Shown here in pieces: positions 1-13,930 of a stretch of DNA of 64,000 bases. The notes beneath the pieces were generated by a model. The model saw only the letters and a list, made by a program, of their open reading frames with translations. It searched no databases and was not told the DNA's origin. Within the stretch, counting starts at the first letter, position 1. Each line of letters begins with the position of its first letter. Origin of the DNA: Hypanus sabinus. Taxonomy: Eukaryota. The stretch spans positions 9,858,001 to 9,922,000 of the forward strand of contig NC_082731.1 in NCBI RefSeq assembly GCF_030144855.1. Reading direction: 5' to 3'. A program made the translations under genes and the position numbers.

Positions 1-1824
1 GTGGGTTGGTGGACGGATGTATTGATCGGCCTTACTGTTTATGGAAATTAACTGTTTTTTTTTTCTCTAGTGATCCTGGCGTAGATGGTACATACCCGCC
101 TCGCTGAAGGGAGGGGGGCAAACAGTTCATAAGCGGGGTGGCTGTGATCTCTCATGTTTTTACTTGCGCTTGTATATATGTCGTTGATGGTGGATAAACT
201 GGAAACTACACTGCGACGGTCAGGAAAGCTCTACAACAGGTTGTCAAATCTGCCCAATGCATTACAGGCAAACCTCCATAATTAAAACTTGATACACAAA
301 TTAACAAAATTGATTTATCTCTACGTTACAGGAACACAGGTACTGACAGATTAATGCATTCTTACTGCTCCACACCTTTACTGATCTGATTCACAGCATC
401 TGCAGAACAACTCCCTCGTCTCACATGATGGTGTTAAAATCATTTGTTTATTTTGCCACTATTACACCCACGAAAATTGATGGAGATTTTACCCTTGTTA
501 TCACTGCCTCGCACCTTTTGCTTTTCCTGCTCCTCTTGAGGTTTCCATGGTTCAGTCGCAGTCTGAATAGCTATGTTGGTTTAATTGCGGATATCGAAAT
601 GCATGACATGGTGCGGGTTCGTCCCTGATTTGCATAATAATGTTTTTGCTCCAGCAATTTTTTAGAATCTAGAAGATAATTATAAATATTTCCTCAGTTA
701 GTAAACTTACTGGATTTAGTATAATAATTTAGTTATGCTGTGATCCATCCACAAATAGATAGCAAAAGTTGAAAATGTGTAATGTCTGTAGATCCTTTTA
801 ATTCGAACTAAAGCTTTGAACAACGTTCACCTTGGAGAATGTGCAGATACGTTGTGGCAAAACAGTCCGCAGCTGAACAAATGGAAGTTATTGGCCTGTA
901 ACTGAGCTCCAGAGCCAAGCAGGCATCTGCCGTCTAATGGCGAATTAATATCTTGAGCCTAAAATTAAAAGCTTATTATTCATTTGGAGGTCTGGGTTTT
1001 GTTCTATGCTTTATTTTCAATGCCTATTTGTTAAAATTCTGTGTCTGTAATTAGCGTGTCTTATCCGTGAAACAGATCGTCCACTTTAAGACATTAGTAG
1101 ATTTATCTTCAAAGTCTACTGCATCCATTTACTGGGAAGAAATTTTAGCTGTGGTTTATTTGGTAAAGGTATATTTTAACTTCCCGCCAAGCTTGCCTGA
1201 CTTTAAAGGCAGATAAGTTGTCACGACAACCATTTCTGTCTAAAGAGCTTTCGGAGGTGTTGGAACAGCCATGATGTCGGCTGTGCTCTCACCTTCTCTA
1301 TGGTGCCAAAGATCTGCAAGTTCACTGAGTGTAAAACAGCCGATATTGATACATAGAACAACTGTGAGAATCATCTCAGACTTTGACGACGGCAAGGTAA
1401 CAAGCCTTATTCTGGAGCGATTATTGATGCTTTAGTAAATGGATGCTGTATTGAATTTGTGAATGTGCCAGTTCCTTGTTTTAGTTCCCTTACAATATGG
1501 AACTAAAACAATGAACTGGCACGTTCGCAAAATGTCAAAAACGCAGGTGAGCTGAGATGTTGGAAACAGGAAGTATAATATCTTAGATAATACCTATCAG
1601 TTCAAGTGACACCTCTGCGAGCATTGCATTCCTGGTATGGAGCTTTCAGACAAGATAAAGAGGGCAGTTAAAAAGCAAAAGCAATACAATATATTGAACG
1701 AACTCAGCAGCTCACGCAGAATCTGTGGAGTGAAATGAACAGTAGATATTTCCTCCACCGTTGATACTGCACTCATCCACATCTCCTCCATTTCCAGAAC
1801 ATCCACGGTTAGCTGCCCCCTTAG

Positions 1825-2580
1825 GAATATAGTTGCCCTTGTCGTCTATTGCCACCACATGAGTAGCCCCATCCAACACATATTTCTCCGAAAATTTCGT
1901 TATCTGCAACAGGACCCTGCTACCAAGACATCTGTATCAGCTCCCGCCCGACTCCCGCTTTGTGCAGGGATTACTCCCTTTGTGATCCCCTTGTCTATTC
2001 TTCGATCTGCACTAAAGCCCTTCCTGGCACTTAACCTGCAAGAAGCAGAAGAGCAACACCTGCCCATTCACTTCTCTTTGACTTCTATTCAGGGCCCCAA
2101 GCAGTCCTTCCAGCTGAGGCAACACTTAACCTGCATACCTGTTGTGGTCGTTTCCTGTATTCAGTGCTCTTGATGCCGTCGTCTCTATATTGGTGAAAAA
2201 CGATGTACCGCTTTGGGGGACCACTTTGTCAAGCCCCTCAGCTCTATCGCTAAAAGCGATATTTTTGGGTAGCCAATTTCAATTCCCATCCCTGTTCGCG
2301 TTCCGGCATGTCAGTCCATGGCCTCCTCTTCTGTCACGAAGAAGCCATTCTCAGTTTGGGAGAGCAACAACGCACACTCCCTCTACTTAGCCTCTAACCT
2401 AATGGCATGAACTTCGACATCTCCATCTTCCAGTAATTAATTTCCCTTCCCCTGACTCATCTTAATTTCCCCACTTTGGCCTCTTGTCTCTTTTCCTTAA
2501 CTGCCTATCACCTCCAATGGGAACCCTCTTCCTTCCCTTTCTCCCATAGTTCACTCTTCTTTCATATCAGATCTGTTCTT
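1825..2580 (+). mobile_element. Penelope-like element remnant (GIY-YIG endonuclease region plus pyrimidine-rich tail)
   Basis: Frameshifted translation gives SLTSIQGPKQSFQLRQHLTC and CIQCS*CRRLYIGEKR, typical of the Penelope GIY-YIG domain. Boundaries approximate. Confidence 0.75.
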
Positions 2581-2594
2581 AGCTAGCCGTCGCT

Positions 2595-3390
2595 GGAATT
2601 TAGGAGGATTGGGGAGATTTCATTGAAACCTTTAGAACATTGAGAAGCCTAGACAGAGTAGATGTGGAAAGTGTGTTTCCCTTGGTGGGGGAGTCTAGGA
2701 CAAGAGGACAGAGCCACAGGCTAAAGGAGCATCCATTTAAAACAGTGATGTGGAAAAACTGCTTTAGCCGGGGGTGGTGAATTTGTGAAATTTGAGGCAG
2801 ATGGATTTTATTCCGAAAAAGTTCGGGATGTTGCACTTCAGTAGGGCAAACCAGGGTTTGGAGAATTGTGTGCAGTTTTGGTCACCAACCGACAGGAAAG
2901 ATATAAATAAGATTGAGAAAAAAAAGCACTGAGAAAATTTGGAATTATGTTGCCGGGATTGGCAGACCTCAGTTATGTGGAAAAATTGAATAGGTTAGGA
3001 CATTATTCCTTGGAACATAGAAGATGGAGGGGAGATTTTATAAAGATATGCACAATTATGAGTAAATGTAAGCAAGCTTTTTCCACTGAGGTTGTGTGGC
3101 ACTGCAACTAGAGGCCATGGATGAAGGAGATGGATTGGGGTGAAAGGTGAAGTGTTTGCGGGTATCATGAGGGGAAATGTCTTCGGTTAGAGGGTCATAA
3201 GAGTGGTGAATGAGCTGCCAGCGCAACCGGAACATGCGAACTCGTTTTCGACGTTTCAAAGAAGTTTGGATAGGTACTTGGATGGGAGCGGTATGGAGGG
3301 CTATCGTCCGGGTGCAGGTCGATGTGCATGGCAATTTAATTCAATGGTCGTGGACTAGAATTGCTGAAGGGCTTTTTACTGCGCTATACA
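2595..3390 (+). mobile_element. CR1 LINE 3' fragments (two pieces)
   Basis: Degenerate CR1 ORF2 C-terminal motifs (ENCVQFWSP; LDRVDVESVFPLVGESRTRG-like) matching other CR1 copies in this window. Confidence 0.7.
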
Positions 3391-4509
3391 TTTCTATGAC
3401 TCTCACTCTAACCATACGAAAGAGGATATGGGTAATAGGCTGGACATGAGGGTGTGGGAGGGGAAAATATTGCAAATAGGGCAAGAGGGATGAGAACATA
3501 AAGGAGGAGGAGAACAGAGAGGACTGGTCATCAGAAAAAAAAGTCCATAGTGATGACGTCAGTTTGGATACCGTGAAGACGGAATATGAGGTGTTATTCC
3601 ATTAACCTGCGACAGATATAACCGTAGCATTACAGGAGGCGTTTGACAGATATATCAGCTTGGGCATGGGAAATGCAATTAAAATGGCTCGACGTTACGG
3701 CCGACTGACTGAAGGCACTCAACGAAACTGGCTATCAGCCCCGCCTCGTCTCACAGTTGTAGAGGAGGCCGCACCGGATGTAATAAATGACCTCGGTGGA
3801 TTCACAGGTGACGCGCAGCCTCAACTGCAAGGACTATTTTAGGGCATTTAAAGCGTGACAAGCGTGGAGTCTCTGGCTAAAAGAGGTTTTGTGTAGTGAA
3901 GAGTATCCAACCACATCGCCTCTGCACCCTAATAAATGAAATCACATTTTCCCTGTAGTCGGGTGACTAGAATTTAAGGTCACACTACTTCTTTATTTTC
4001 AGCCCTCTTTCCATCTACGTTTTCTGGGGTAGGGTGACTAGAAATTAAGGTCATACTATCGCTTTATCTTCAGCCCTCTCTCCATTTGCGTTCCCTGCGT
4101 TTGCCAAAAAAAAGATCCAATATGCCTTCGTCAATATCTTTTTTCCCTAACCACGAATCCTAAATCCCAATCACTGGTCCAAATCGCTCAGCCCCTTCCA
4201 GTAGCTCATGTTGTTCAGATGCCTGACAACAGACAATGTACTAGAGAAGCTTTGATACGAAAAGGGCTTAAAAGGCGGTCAACAGGAGTTGAAGGATTTA
4301 CTCAAAACCCTAACTGATTCCGAAACATTCTATGCCTGTCACTGTTTTAAATGGTGACGCAGTGCGACTGATCATACTGAGAATCTTGCACTGAAGTACA
4401 CTGATATCCAATATAAACGGCAAAAGAACCACATCCCATTCACAATCACACATCATCCAGGTCTTCCTCCGCATATGAGGTACATTCTGGGGTCTAAATA
4501 AAACCTTTG

Positions 4510-5000
4510 GTCTGCAAAACAGTCCTCTGAATTATGTTACTTTATGGAGCTGAATTATGGAGCAGGAACCTGAAAAGCCCCAGAACAATTCCACCAAGTA
4601 AACTTACGATATGTTTTGAGGATATGCTGGAAGGGCAGACGCACTACAGCACTGGTGGAAGCTTACATGAACAGCACCTCCACCACGATAAAGCAACACC
4701 ATGTCTGATGGGTAGATCATGTAAATCAAATACCTAACTCTCTTCTCCCGAAATAAATACTTTACTCTCAGTTGAATGAAGTGATCTGATTGCAGAGGAA
4801 ATACTTCAAATACATCATCAAAATCAGACTGAAGAAAGTCAACATTACATCTACAAACTGAGAATACATTGCACTCAGTTCATGTACCTGGAGGAACTAT
4901 GTTCTGGACGGAACTGCGATAAATGCGAGTACCTGCACTCTGCCGCAAGGAACATAAAGGAGAGGCAGAACAAGCAAAAGACCCAACCGCTAACTGGAGC
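4510..5000 (+). mobile_element. RTE-type LINE 3' fragment
   Basis: LLYGAELW followed by frameshifted post-RT motifs (ICWKGRRT; WVDHV..IPNS.LPK) characteristic of RTE-clade elements. Confidence 0.5.
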
Positions 5001-5986
5001 TCTTTTTCTATGTTCAAAATGCGAAGAGCTCTGCAAAACGCATTTCCATTTGTCCCGTGGTCCTTAATAACTGTCTTTTTTGCTTCACTGTGCTTTTCGT
5101 GGTTCAGCATTTGACAATATCTAGAAACAGTTAATCTTTTTCCAAATCTTCCACAGCATTTGTTTTATAAATCGTTGCCATTTTCTCACTGAGTAGATAT
5201 ATGTCTGACCTCATTAATTCCTCAATGAATTCTCCCAAATATCCTGACCTGCATCTTCAGATCACGAGGCTCAAATTACAACTGAGCATCCTAAACCTAT
5301 CATGATTCTCTAAAACAGCAGCAGACAATATATTTTTGCACTCCAGTATGTAAGATGTAGTGCATCCTTGTTGGATGGGTTTCAATTCCACTCTGATTGA
5401 AATTAGAATCAGTGATATTTATCGTCGCTGACATCTTGAAATTTGTTGTTTCATAGCAGAGGTATAGTATAAGACATAAATTATTATAAGTTTCAATAAA
5501 TAAACAAACACAAGCAGAATAACAAGATTGTGTTGATCGTTTCAAGGATTGTTCATATATCTGATGGGGCAGAGAGGGTATCCAGGCTCTACTTCTCCTC
5601 GATGCAATAATAAGCAGAGGGTGTGTCTCAGATGGTGAGAATGCTTAATGATGGATGCTGCTTGAGAAAGATAATTATGATGGTGGAAAAATTATGTCTG
5701 TGCTAGTGTTGACTGAGCCTATAGCACTCAGCAGCCTCTTTCAATGCTTCACATTGGAGCATCTACACCAGACTGCACTGTATAACCAGTGAGAGCATTC
5801 TCCATCGGACATATGTTGAAATTTGCTGGAAGATTTGGTGATATCCCAAATCTCCTCAAATTCCTAATTCCTGATTCCATCAATGTGTTGGGCCCAGGAT
5901 AGTTGTTCTGAGATTACGTCACCCAGTAGCTTATCTAGTATTTATTGCATATCTATTTCACCACGGACCCATTAACTACCAAAGGA

Positions 5987-8833
5987 CCAAATCACATTTC
6001 AAAAACTGAAAAAATCTGCAGAAGAGTTGATGGGCCCAGGACTGCATTGATAGTAGCTTTGCCATATAGAATACTGAAAAGCTGAACAAATGCGAAGAGT
6101 TCTTTCCATGTACTTGATGCATTTGATTGGCATATTTGATTGAACTTTAGGTCCATTCACTGAAATCACAACTATGTTGGAATTGTTTTTGAAAAGTCAA
6201 AAGCCGTCTTACAAGCCACTACTTCTCCATCTCTTCGACGAATCTATCAAATCCAGAGACTTGCCGCCTCGTTCTCCAACAATTGTTTCAATACTACTGA
6301 CCTGCCAATTGTAATTGTGACGAATGTTCCCATCCTTCACAGTTTTTTGCTCTCCGATACTTTCTCGAGAGTAACCTCTGACACAAAATGTATATTTTAA
6401 CAAATCATCTGCCATATTCCTGTTTTCCATTATTAATTTCATCATTCTTTGGAGAAGCAGAGTTTAAAAATTTTGCTCAGTGTTTATTTGGAGCCCAGAA
6501 ACTATATTGTGAATGTGTGCATATGGCTTTCTGAATTTTATTGCAGAGCGGTTACAAACTGATCACTGTATTGATTCCGAAGCCACCATACAATCTAAAT
6601 GTATTCAGAAGTCACAGAATAAATTTCAATTAAATCAAATGCTTACATTTGTCCAACATCAGCAAGTGAATGCCCTTTGAATATGCTTATAACTTTGATT
6701 TTTCAACGCAGTGCAGGTGGCAGCTCCGTTCACGGAAACAGCTGTACAAGACTACTGCCACCTCCGCCCATCTATTCTATCTGCCATCCTGTGGTATAAT
6801 TGTATTCACTGATTCATCGCAGAGTATTACTTTCTGAATGTTAAGTGAACACCTCCTTCTCAAAGCAGCACGGGGCAAACCCGACCTCAGATGTTGCGGT
6901 CACCAATACAGAACAGATGGGCGATAATGGATGGCAATTGAAAATAGATGCGCAGGGGTCACTTACTGGGCCTTCTACACGTTACACTCTTTTACTGGGC
7001 TGTTCTTTCATGACACAATGTTATAGCGAAATAATGAATATTTTTACAAACCTCCATGTACTGGTTTGAAGCATCAACCTCGTTACATCAAGACACTGAT
7101 AATATGGTACAAAGAATTAAGAAACAGGCTAGTCTTTTTGCATGAATACATGTATTTAAATTCACGGCAATACCATCAATCGAAAGTGTTCTTGTTAGAC
7201 TGTGAAAATTATAGATATTGGTTTTAATTTGTTTTCAAAGCTTTCTGCTGTTTAGTCATTGCACTGAAGTGGATAGCACAATTAGTTTCAAGTGACAATA
7301 AAGTATTTCGTTGTGCCCGTTAAAAGATTTGGCAACCTTAAATAGCGCCATGAAATTGGCATGGCTTTATCACATAACATGTTCTCCAATCTTGGTTCCG
7401 TTGTACGTGCAACTTATTCAACCGATAGTCACTAACAGGAATTAATATTCCATAATGAAGTAAAGTATAAGCATGCGAGTAACGAGCTTCGGAGGTAGAC
7501 AGGGATTTGGGTAAATAAATAACATTTTTGGACAGTGTGAGAAGTATCATTTTGTTGTGGAAAGTTGAGAAAAGAATATATCACGTAATTGTTCTTGTGT
7601 TAAGAGGAACTAGGAAGTTAAAGAATTGGATATATATTGGCTCAACTACATTGCAGGTTTACAATAAGCAACCAAGAGTAAAATTCTGCTCACTGTCTTG
7701 GCGGGATCATAATGGTAAATAGAGCCCCTGCCAAATTCTCTGTGGGTCCTCAGTTGGAAAGACTTTTGAAATATGTGGGAAGGCCTTTCGATTGATTATC
7801 TGATACATATCGTTTATAAAGTTCAACGTTTTAGATATAAACGCCCAAAAGACTATAAGGCATGGAACATATTTCCTCAAAGAATTGCAATGTCAATTTG
7901 GTGTGAAAGGATCATAGATTCCAACTGGTTTTTGCAAAGTTGCAATACAAACGTGATGAACATTATTGTTTGAAGCACTCTTAATATTATGCATTCTACA
8001 TTCCGGAAAGTAGTAATTTGGTGATTTGGTTATGTAGCATAACAAGTTTATTCTGATTTTTACCCAGAGCAAGGGAGACCTTTCTCTTCACATCCATCTT
8101 TCTTCGGAAGCAGGCAGCGTCTTCCTTTCATTTTGCTCTCCAAGCATATGTTGCACATGAAGATATGTTCTGATTCGCGCATGAATCTACTAAATTTTCC
8201 TTTATTAATGCCCAATTCACTTAAATATAACCTTGTAATTAGCGAGCCACAGTTTTGATTCATTATGTACTGGAGACTGCTGCTCTCAATCTATCCGGTG
8301 CCAAGACATCATTTCAAAAGTCATTTTCACTACAACAGTCGTTAGTCCGAGCAACACACACAGAATGCTGGAGGAACTCAGCAGGTCAGGCAGCATCCAT
8401 GGAAAGTACAGTCAATGTTTCGGGTCAGAGCCATAGATGCTGTCTGGCCTGCTGAGTTCCTTCAGCATTTTATGTGTGCTGCTTAGATCTCTAGCATCTG
8501 CAGATCTTCTCTTATTTGTGATTGAATCTTTAATCTGAGATCTTCAGAAGGACGATTATCGTCTCATCGTTAGATTTTTCCTATATTTCGCCAACTTAGA
8601 CTGATTTCCAGAGTATATCAGTTTGTAACTACTAAAGCCACTATACCAATGTAAAATTTAAAAAAAAAACCTACGATCTATAATGATGAGTCAAACAAAG
8701 TCACAATCTATAATGATTGCTAATCTGGCTTTTATATACTACGCTTATGATAATAAGTTCAAGTCATTTGATTTGATTTTTACTGTTAATAATCAGAACT
8801 TTTAATTCTAATTGAGCTAATAATGCATAATTA
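5987..8833. repeat. Segmental duplication, copy 1
   Basis: Starts AATCACATTTCAAAAACTGAAAAAATCTGCAGAAGAG and ends GAGCTAATAATGCATAAT, collinear with 10135-12735. Has about 200 nt (roughly 7575-7775) absent from copy 2. Confidence 0.95.
8352..8482. mobile_element. Palindromic MITE-like element (second, left-truncated copy at about 12290-12382)
   Basis: Arms ACACACAGAATGCTGGAGGAACTCAGCAGGTCAGGCAGCATC and GATGCTGTCTGGCCTGCTGAGTTCCTTCAGCATTTTATGTGTG are near-perfect inverted repeats. Confidence 0.75.
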
Positions 8834-8879
8834 TACTCATCCGTTCGGCCAGCACATGATTCAACGCCCCCCGCCTGCA

Positions 8880-9960
8880 TACACGCACACAGAATTCCCT
8901 GTATTTTCATGTGCCTGAGCAAGACCATCCTGAACATCTCCATTGTATCTATTTTAGCCATCAGCCTTAGTCGAGGATTCCACACATCACTCTCCATACA
9001 AAACACATGCGCCGAATGTCTATTCAAATTTCCCTCACAGCTTAAATATATATCCTCTAACACTACACATTTCGATCCTGTGGAAAATATTTCTGCTACT
9101 TTGTCTTTCTATGCTTCCCATAATTTTATAAGTGCTCTCAGGTTTTCTCTTGCCACGTTAGTCAAGAGTAAACAATTTCAGTTTCCCAAGCTCTCCTTAT
9201 ACCCCATACCCTCTAATCCAGACAGCATTGTAATGAAACTGTTCTGCATTACTGAAACATAACTTCCTGATGCTTGAACACAGTTCTCTGATTAATGAAG
9301 ACAAACATGACATTTATCTTCTTTACTATCCTATCAAATGGGCTGCAACTGTGAGATGTCGGCATGGATTCCCATGATCGCTCCGTACCTCAAAGTTTGA
9401 AAGGGTCCTGTCGCTAAACGTGTGGATGGGACTTTACTTTAGATCTTCAAGAGTGCAGCATCTATATTTGCAGGGCTAAATCTCTGTCTGAGTTTTCTCT
9501 GCAATTTCTGCAATAGATCAATTTTCTGTTCTAACACTTGGCAAGCCTCTGTATTATCCATAATACCACCTACCTTCCTGCCATCTACAAATTTACTATT
9601 CCCCCATCTACGGTTGTGTTAAAACGATGTGATTGTATATATAACCACAAACATCGAAAGTCCTAGAACAGAATAACATTAGTGACATACTTGCAACTAG
9701 AATAAGAGCCATTGATTACTACACACTGTCTTCTGTAGGCAAAAGTATTATTAATGCAAACGGCCAGGTCACTCTGGATGCAATGCTTCTTAATATTCTA
9801 TACAAGATTCCGAAGAATGGTCTGGTCGAATATCTCACTGAACCTACGCAGACCTATTCTGTCTCCATCTGTACCATTCATCTCCATCTTCTCGAAAACC
9901 TCAATGATGTTACTCAGACATGATCTGCTTTTGCACAACACCATACTGAACATCAATAAT
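8880..9960 (-). mobile_element. Degenerate CR1 LINE fragments in the spacer between the duplicated copies
   Basis: Reverse complement of CR1 RT/C-terminal motifs, e.g. CCACCTACCTTCCTGCCATCTACAAATTT (inverse of the KFADDTKVGG region). Confidence 0.55.
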
Positions 9961-10134
9961 TAGGCCATGTTTTTCCAAATGCTCATAAATTCTGTCCCTA
10001 AGAATCATCTTATTTGTTTCCCTACCTCTGTCATGAGACCCACCAATTTATTATTTCCAAATTATCGCCATCTCCATTCTTGAGCAAAGCAGTAACAAGG
10101 GTTACACGTACCTTCCTTGAGATACACATTCCTT

Positions 10135-12735
10135 GAAATCACATTTCAAAAACCTGAAAAAATCTGCAGAAGAGTTGGGGCCCAGGACTGCATTGATAGT
10201 AGTTTTTTCCATATAGAATACTGAAAATCTGAACAAATGCGAAGAGTTCTTTTCATGTACTTGATGCATTTGATTGGCATATTTGATTGAACTTTAGGTC
10301 TATTCACTGAAATCACAACTACGTTGGAATTGTTATTGAAAAGTCAAAAGCCGTCTTACAAGCCACTTATTTTCCATCTCTTCGACTAATCTGTCAAACC
10401 CAGAGACTTGCCGTTCCGTGCTCCAACAATTCTTTAAGTACTGTTAGCCTGCCAATTGCAATTGTCACGAATGATCCCATTCTTTACATTTTTTTGCTCT
10501 CCGACACTTTCTCGAGTGTAACCTCTGACACAAAATATATATTTTACCAAATCATCTGCCATCTTCTTGTTTTCCGTTAGCAATTCCATCACTCTTTGGA
10601 GAAGCAGAGTTTTAAAAAATTGCTCAGTGTTTATTTGGAGCCCAGAAACAATATTGGGACTATAGGGCTTTCTGAATTTTATTGGAGAGCGTTTACAAAC
10701 TGATCACTGTATTAGTTCCGAAGCCACCGTACAAGCTAAATGTATTGAGAAGCCACAGGTTAAAATCTCAATTAAATCAAATGCTTACATTTGTCCACCA
10801 TCACTGTGAATGCCCATTGAATATTCTTATAACTTTGATTTTTCAACGCAGTGCAGGTGGAGCTCCGTTCACTGAAACAGCTGTACAAGAATCCTGTCGC
10901 CTCCGCCCACCTATTCTATCTGCCACCCTGTGGTATAATTGTATTCACTAATTCATCCCATAGTTTTACTTCCTGAAATTTAAGTGAACACCTCCTTCTA
11001 AATGCAGTACGGGGCAAACCCGCTCAGATGTTGCGGTCATCAATACAGAACAGATGGGCGATAACGGATGGCAACTGAAGATAGGTGGGCAGGGGTCACT
11101 TATCTGTTCTTCCACATGTTACAATTTTTTACTGGGCAGTTCCTTCATGACACAATGTTGTAGCGAAATAGCGAATGTTTTTACAAATCTCCATGTTGTG
11201 CTTTGAAGCATCAACCTCGTTACATCAAGACAGTGATAATATGGTACCAAGAATTAAGAAATAGACTAGGTTTTTGCATGAATAAACATATTTAAAGTCA
11301 CGGCAATATCATCAATCGAAAGTATTCTTGTTAGACTGTGAAAATTATGAATATTGGTTTCAATTTGCTTTCAAATCTTTCTGCTCTTTAGCTTTGCACT
11401 GAAGTGGATAGCACAATTAGTTTCAAGTGATAATAAAGTATTTCGTTGTGCCCGTTAGACGAATCGGCAACCTTAAATAGCGCCAAGAAATTGGCGCAGC
11501 TTTATCACGTAACATGGTCTCCAATCTTGGTTCCCTCGTCCGTGCAATTTATTCAGTCGATTGTCACTAACAGGAATTAATATTCCAGAATGTAGTAAAG
11601 AATAAACATGCGAGTAACGAGCTTCGGAGGTAGACAGGGATGTGGGTAAATAAATAAAATTTTTGGACAGTGTGAGAAGTATCACTTTGTTTTGGAAAGT
11701 TGAGAAAGGTATGTGGGAGGGCCTTTTGATTGATTATCTGGTACACATCGTTTTTAAAGTTCAACGCTTTAGATATAAAAGACCATAAGGCATGGAACAA
11801 ATTTCCTCAAAGAATTACAATATCAACTTTTGTGTGAAATCATCATAGATTCCAAGAGCTTTTTGCAAAGTTGGAATACAAAAGTGATGAATATTATTGT
11901 TTGAAACACTCTTCGTATTATGCATTCTATATTCCGAAAAGTAGTAATTTGGGGATTTGGTGAAGTAGGATAACAAGTTTATTCTGATTTGTACCCAGAG
12001 CAAGGGAGACATTTCTCTTCACATCAATCTTTCTTCGGAAGAACGCAGAGTCTTCCCTTCATTTTGCTGTCCAAGCATATGTTGAACATGAAGATATGTT
12101 CTGATTCGCGCATTTAATCTACTAAACTTTCCTTGATTAATACGCAATTCACTGAAATATAACCTTTTAATCAGCGAGCCACAGTTTAGATTCGTAATCT
12201 GCAGGAGACTGCTGCTTTCAATCTATCCGTTGTCAAGACATAATTTCAAAATTCATTTTCACTACAACAGTCGTTAATCCGAGCAGGTAACCAGCATCCA
12301 TGGAAAGTACAGTCAATGTTCCGGGTTACAGCCACAGATGCTGTCTGGCCTGCTGAGTTCCTCCAGCATTTTATGTGTGTTGATTGGATCTCCAGCATCT
12401 GCAGATCTTCTCTTATTTGTGATTGAATCTTTAATCTGAGATGTTCAGAAGGACGACTTGATTCTCATCGTTAGTTTTTCCCCTATATTTCGTCAAGTTG
12501 AACTGATTTCCAGAGTATATCAGTTTGAAACTACTAAAGCCACTGTACCAATGTAAAATAAAAAAAAAAAAATCCTACGATCTATAATGATGGGTCAAAC
12601 AGAAACAAAATCTATAATGATTACTAATCTGGCTTTTATATACTACGCTTATGATAATATGTTCAAGTCGTTTTATTTGATTGTTAATGTTAATAATCAG
12701 AACCTTTAATTCTAATTGAGCTAATAATGCATAAT
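10135..12735. repeat. Segmental duplication, copy 2
   Basis: Same start and end strings as copy 1, with many substitutions and small indels (roughly 80-85% identical by eye). Confidence 0.95.
10200..12230 (-). pseudogene. Decayed intronless coding remnant of unknown identity with ankyrin-like motifs (also in copy 1, about 6050-8330)
   Basis: Minus-strand stretches between stops read protein-like: GHNEILY, VTPAHLS, CGFSIHLAC, LLLQRVMELLTENKKMADDLVKYIF and GRLTVLKELLEHG (10415-10453). Copy 1 has LLLQRMMKLIMENRNMADDLLKYTF and GRSVVLKQLLENE. Confidence 0.35.
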
Positions 12736-13930
12736 CAGCCATTGATGGTGCCATAGACTCAGCCCGTCTTGTCCACCTGGAAAAGAATGCCTCGTACTAC
12801 AGAATGTTTTTCATTGACTGCAGCTCGGTGTTTAATATTATCATCCCTCAGCAGTTGGCGGCTAAGTTGTCCACTTTCGGACTCAACACCCCTCTCGGTA
12901 ACTGGACTTTGGACGCCTTGATGGAAATACCCCAATCACTCCGTGTTGGCTGGAACATCTCAAGCTCAATCATGCTGAGCACTGATGCCCCCATGGTTGT
13001 ATTCTCAGCCTGCTTTTCATGCTTCAGGCTCACGGCTGCACTGTCTGATTCATCTCAACCCTCTTCCCCAGCTTCACTGATGGTACTAAAGTGGATGGCT
13101 TCATCAGCAACAATCAGGAATCAGCATTCAGAGATGGGGTATGGAGGCATGTCAAATGTTGCTAGAATAATATTTTGAGTCTCAAGGTGGATAAGTCAAA
13201 AGAGATTATTATGGTCTTCAGGAAGGCACAGGTGGACCTCTATCCATTGCACACCTTTGGCAGTGCCATGGAGAGAGATGTACAACAGCGCAAAGTTTCT
13301 CAGTGTGCACATAACCTACTATCTATCCTGGACGTCCAACAACAATTCACTAGTTAGGAAGGCACAGCAGCTCTTTCATGCGAACTTGAGACTTGCAAGG
13401 CTCCCGCTGCCATTCTAACGTATTTCTACAGAAGTGCCATCGAGGGTCATATTGGCTGCATCATTGTGTGGTAACAAAGCTCCAAGGCATCAGGGTGCAA
13501 GATCACAAGACAAAAAAAACAGCTGAAAGGATCATTGGGGGTCACCCACAAGCAAGCCCAACTCATATATGACCTTCAGCAGAAGCGTTTTTGTGGATCA
13601 ATACCACCCAACCCACAATCTTTAACTCCCACTTCCATCTGGAAGGAGGTAAATAAGCGTCAGGAATAGGTCTGCCAGACAGGCTAACATCTTTTGACCT
13701 GAAGGCTGTGAGACTTATGAATACTCTGCCACAACTGGGGTCCCTTTACTAGGACTGAGAGCTGTTTACTGGTTACCTGCGCTGCGTTTTACAAGATACA
13801 CTTCCAATTATATTTTATTAACTCATTTATCGTATAATACATTGGTTGACGTGCTGTGTGATATCTGTTGTGTTGAAGCACTGTTGTCTCGCTGTACTGA
13901 ATGTTATATTTTTTTGGGTTGTACAGTCAA
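12736..13930 (+). mobile_element. Rex1/Babar-like LINE, 3' half, decayed
   Basis: MFFIDCSSVFNIIIPQQLAAKLSTFGLNTPLGNWTLD..PQSLRVG..SSSIMLST matches Rex1/Babar RT motifs. Confidence 0.7.

Noticed and set aside
425-635. Hydrophobic ORF (ITASHLLLFLLLL) resembling an Ig TM exon, followed by TGATTTGCAT (light-chain-type decamer)
   Set aside because: Lacks the S..YS...T half of the TM motif and a matching donor, and no leader or V follows the decamer. The similarity could be chance.
4166-4255. PNHWSKSLSPFQ*LMLFRCLTTDNVL looks like a dynein heavy-chain segment
   Set aside because: About 28 aa with a stop, no splice context and no other dynein exons; embedded in retroelement debris.
10200-12230. Endogenous RNA-virus polymerase reading of the duplicated ORF (LYGGFG, SIDD)
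   Set aside because: No ordered RdRp motifs (GDNQ, or SDD with motifs A and B) could be found; these words lie in a stop-rich frame.
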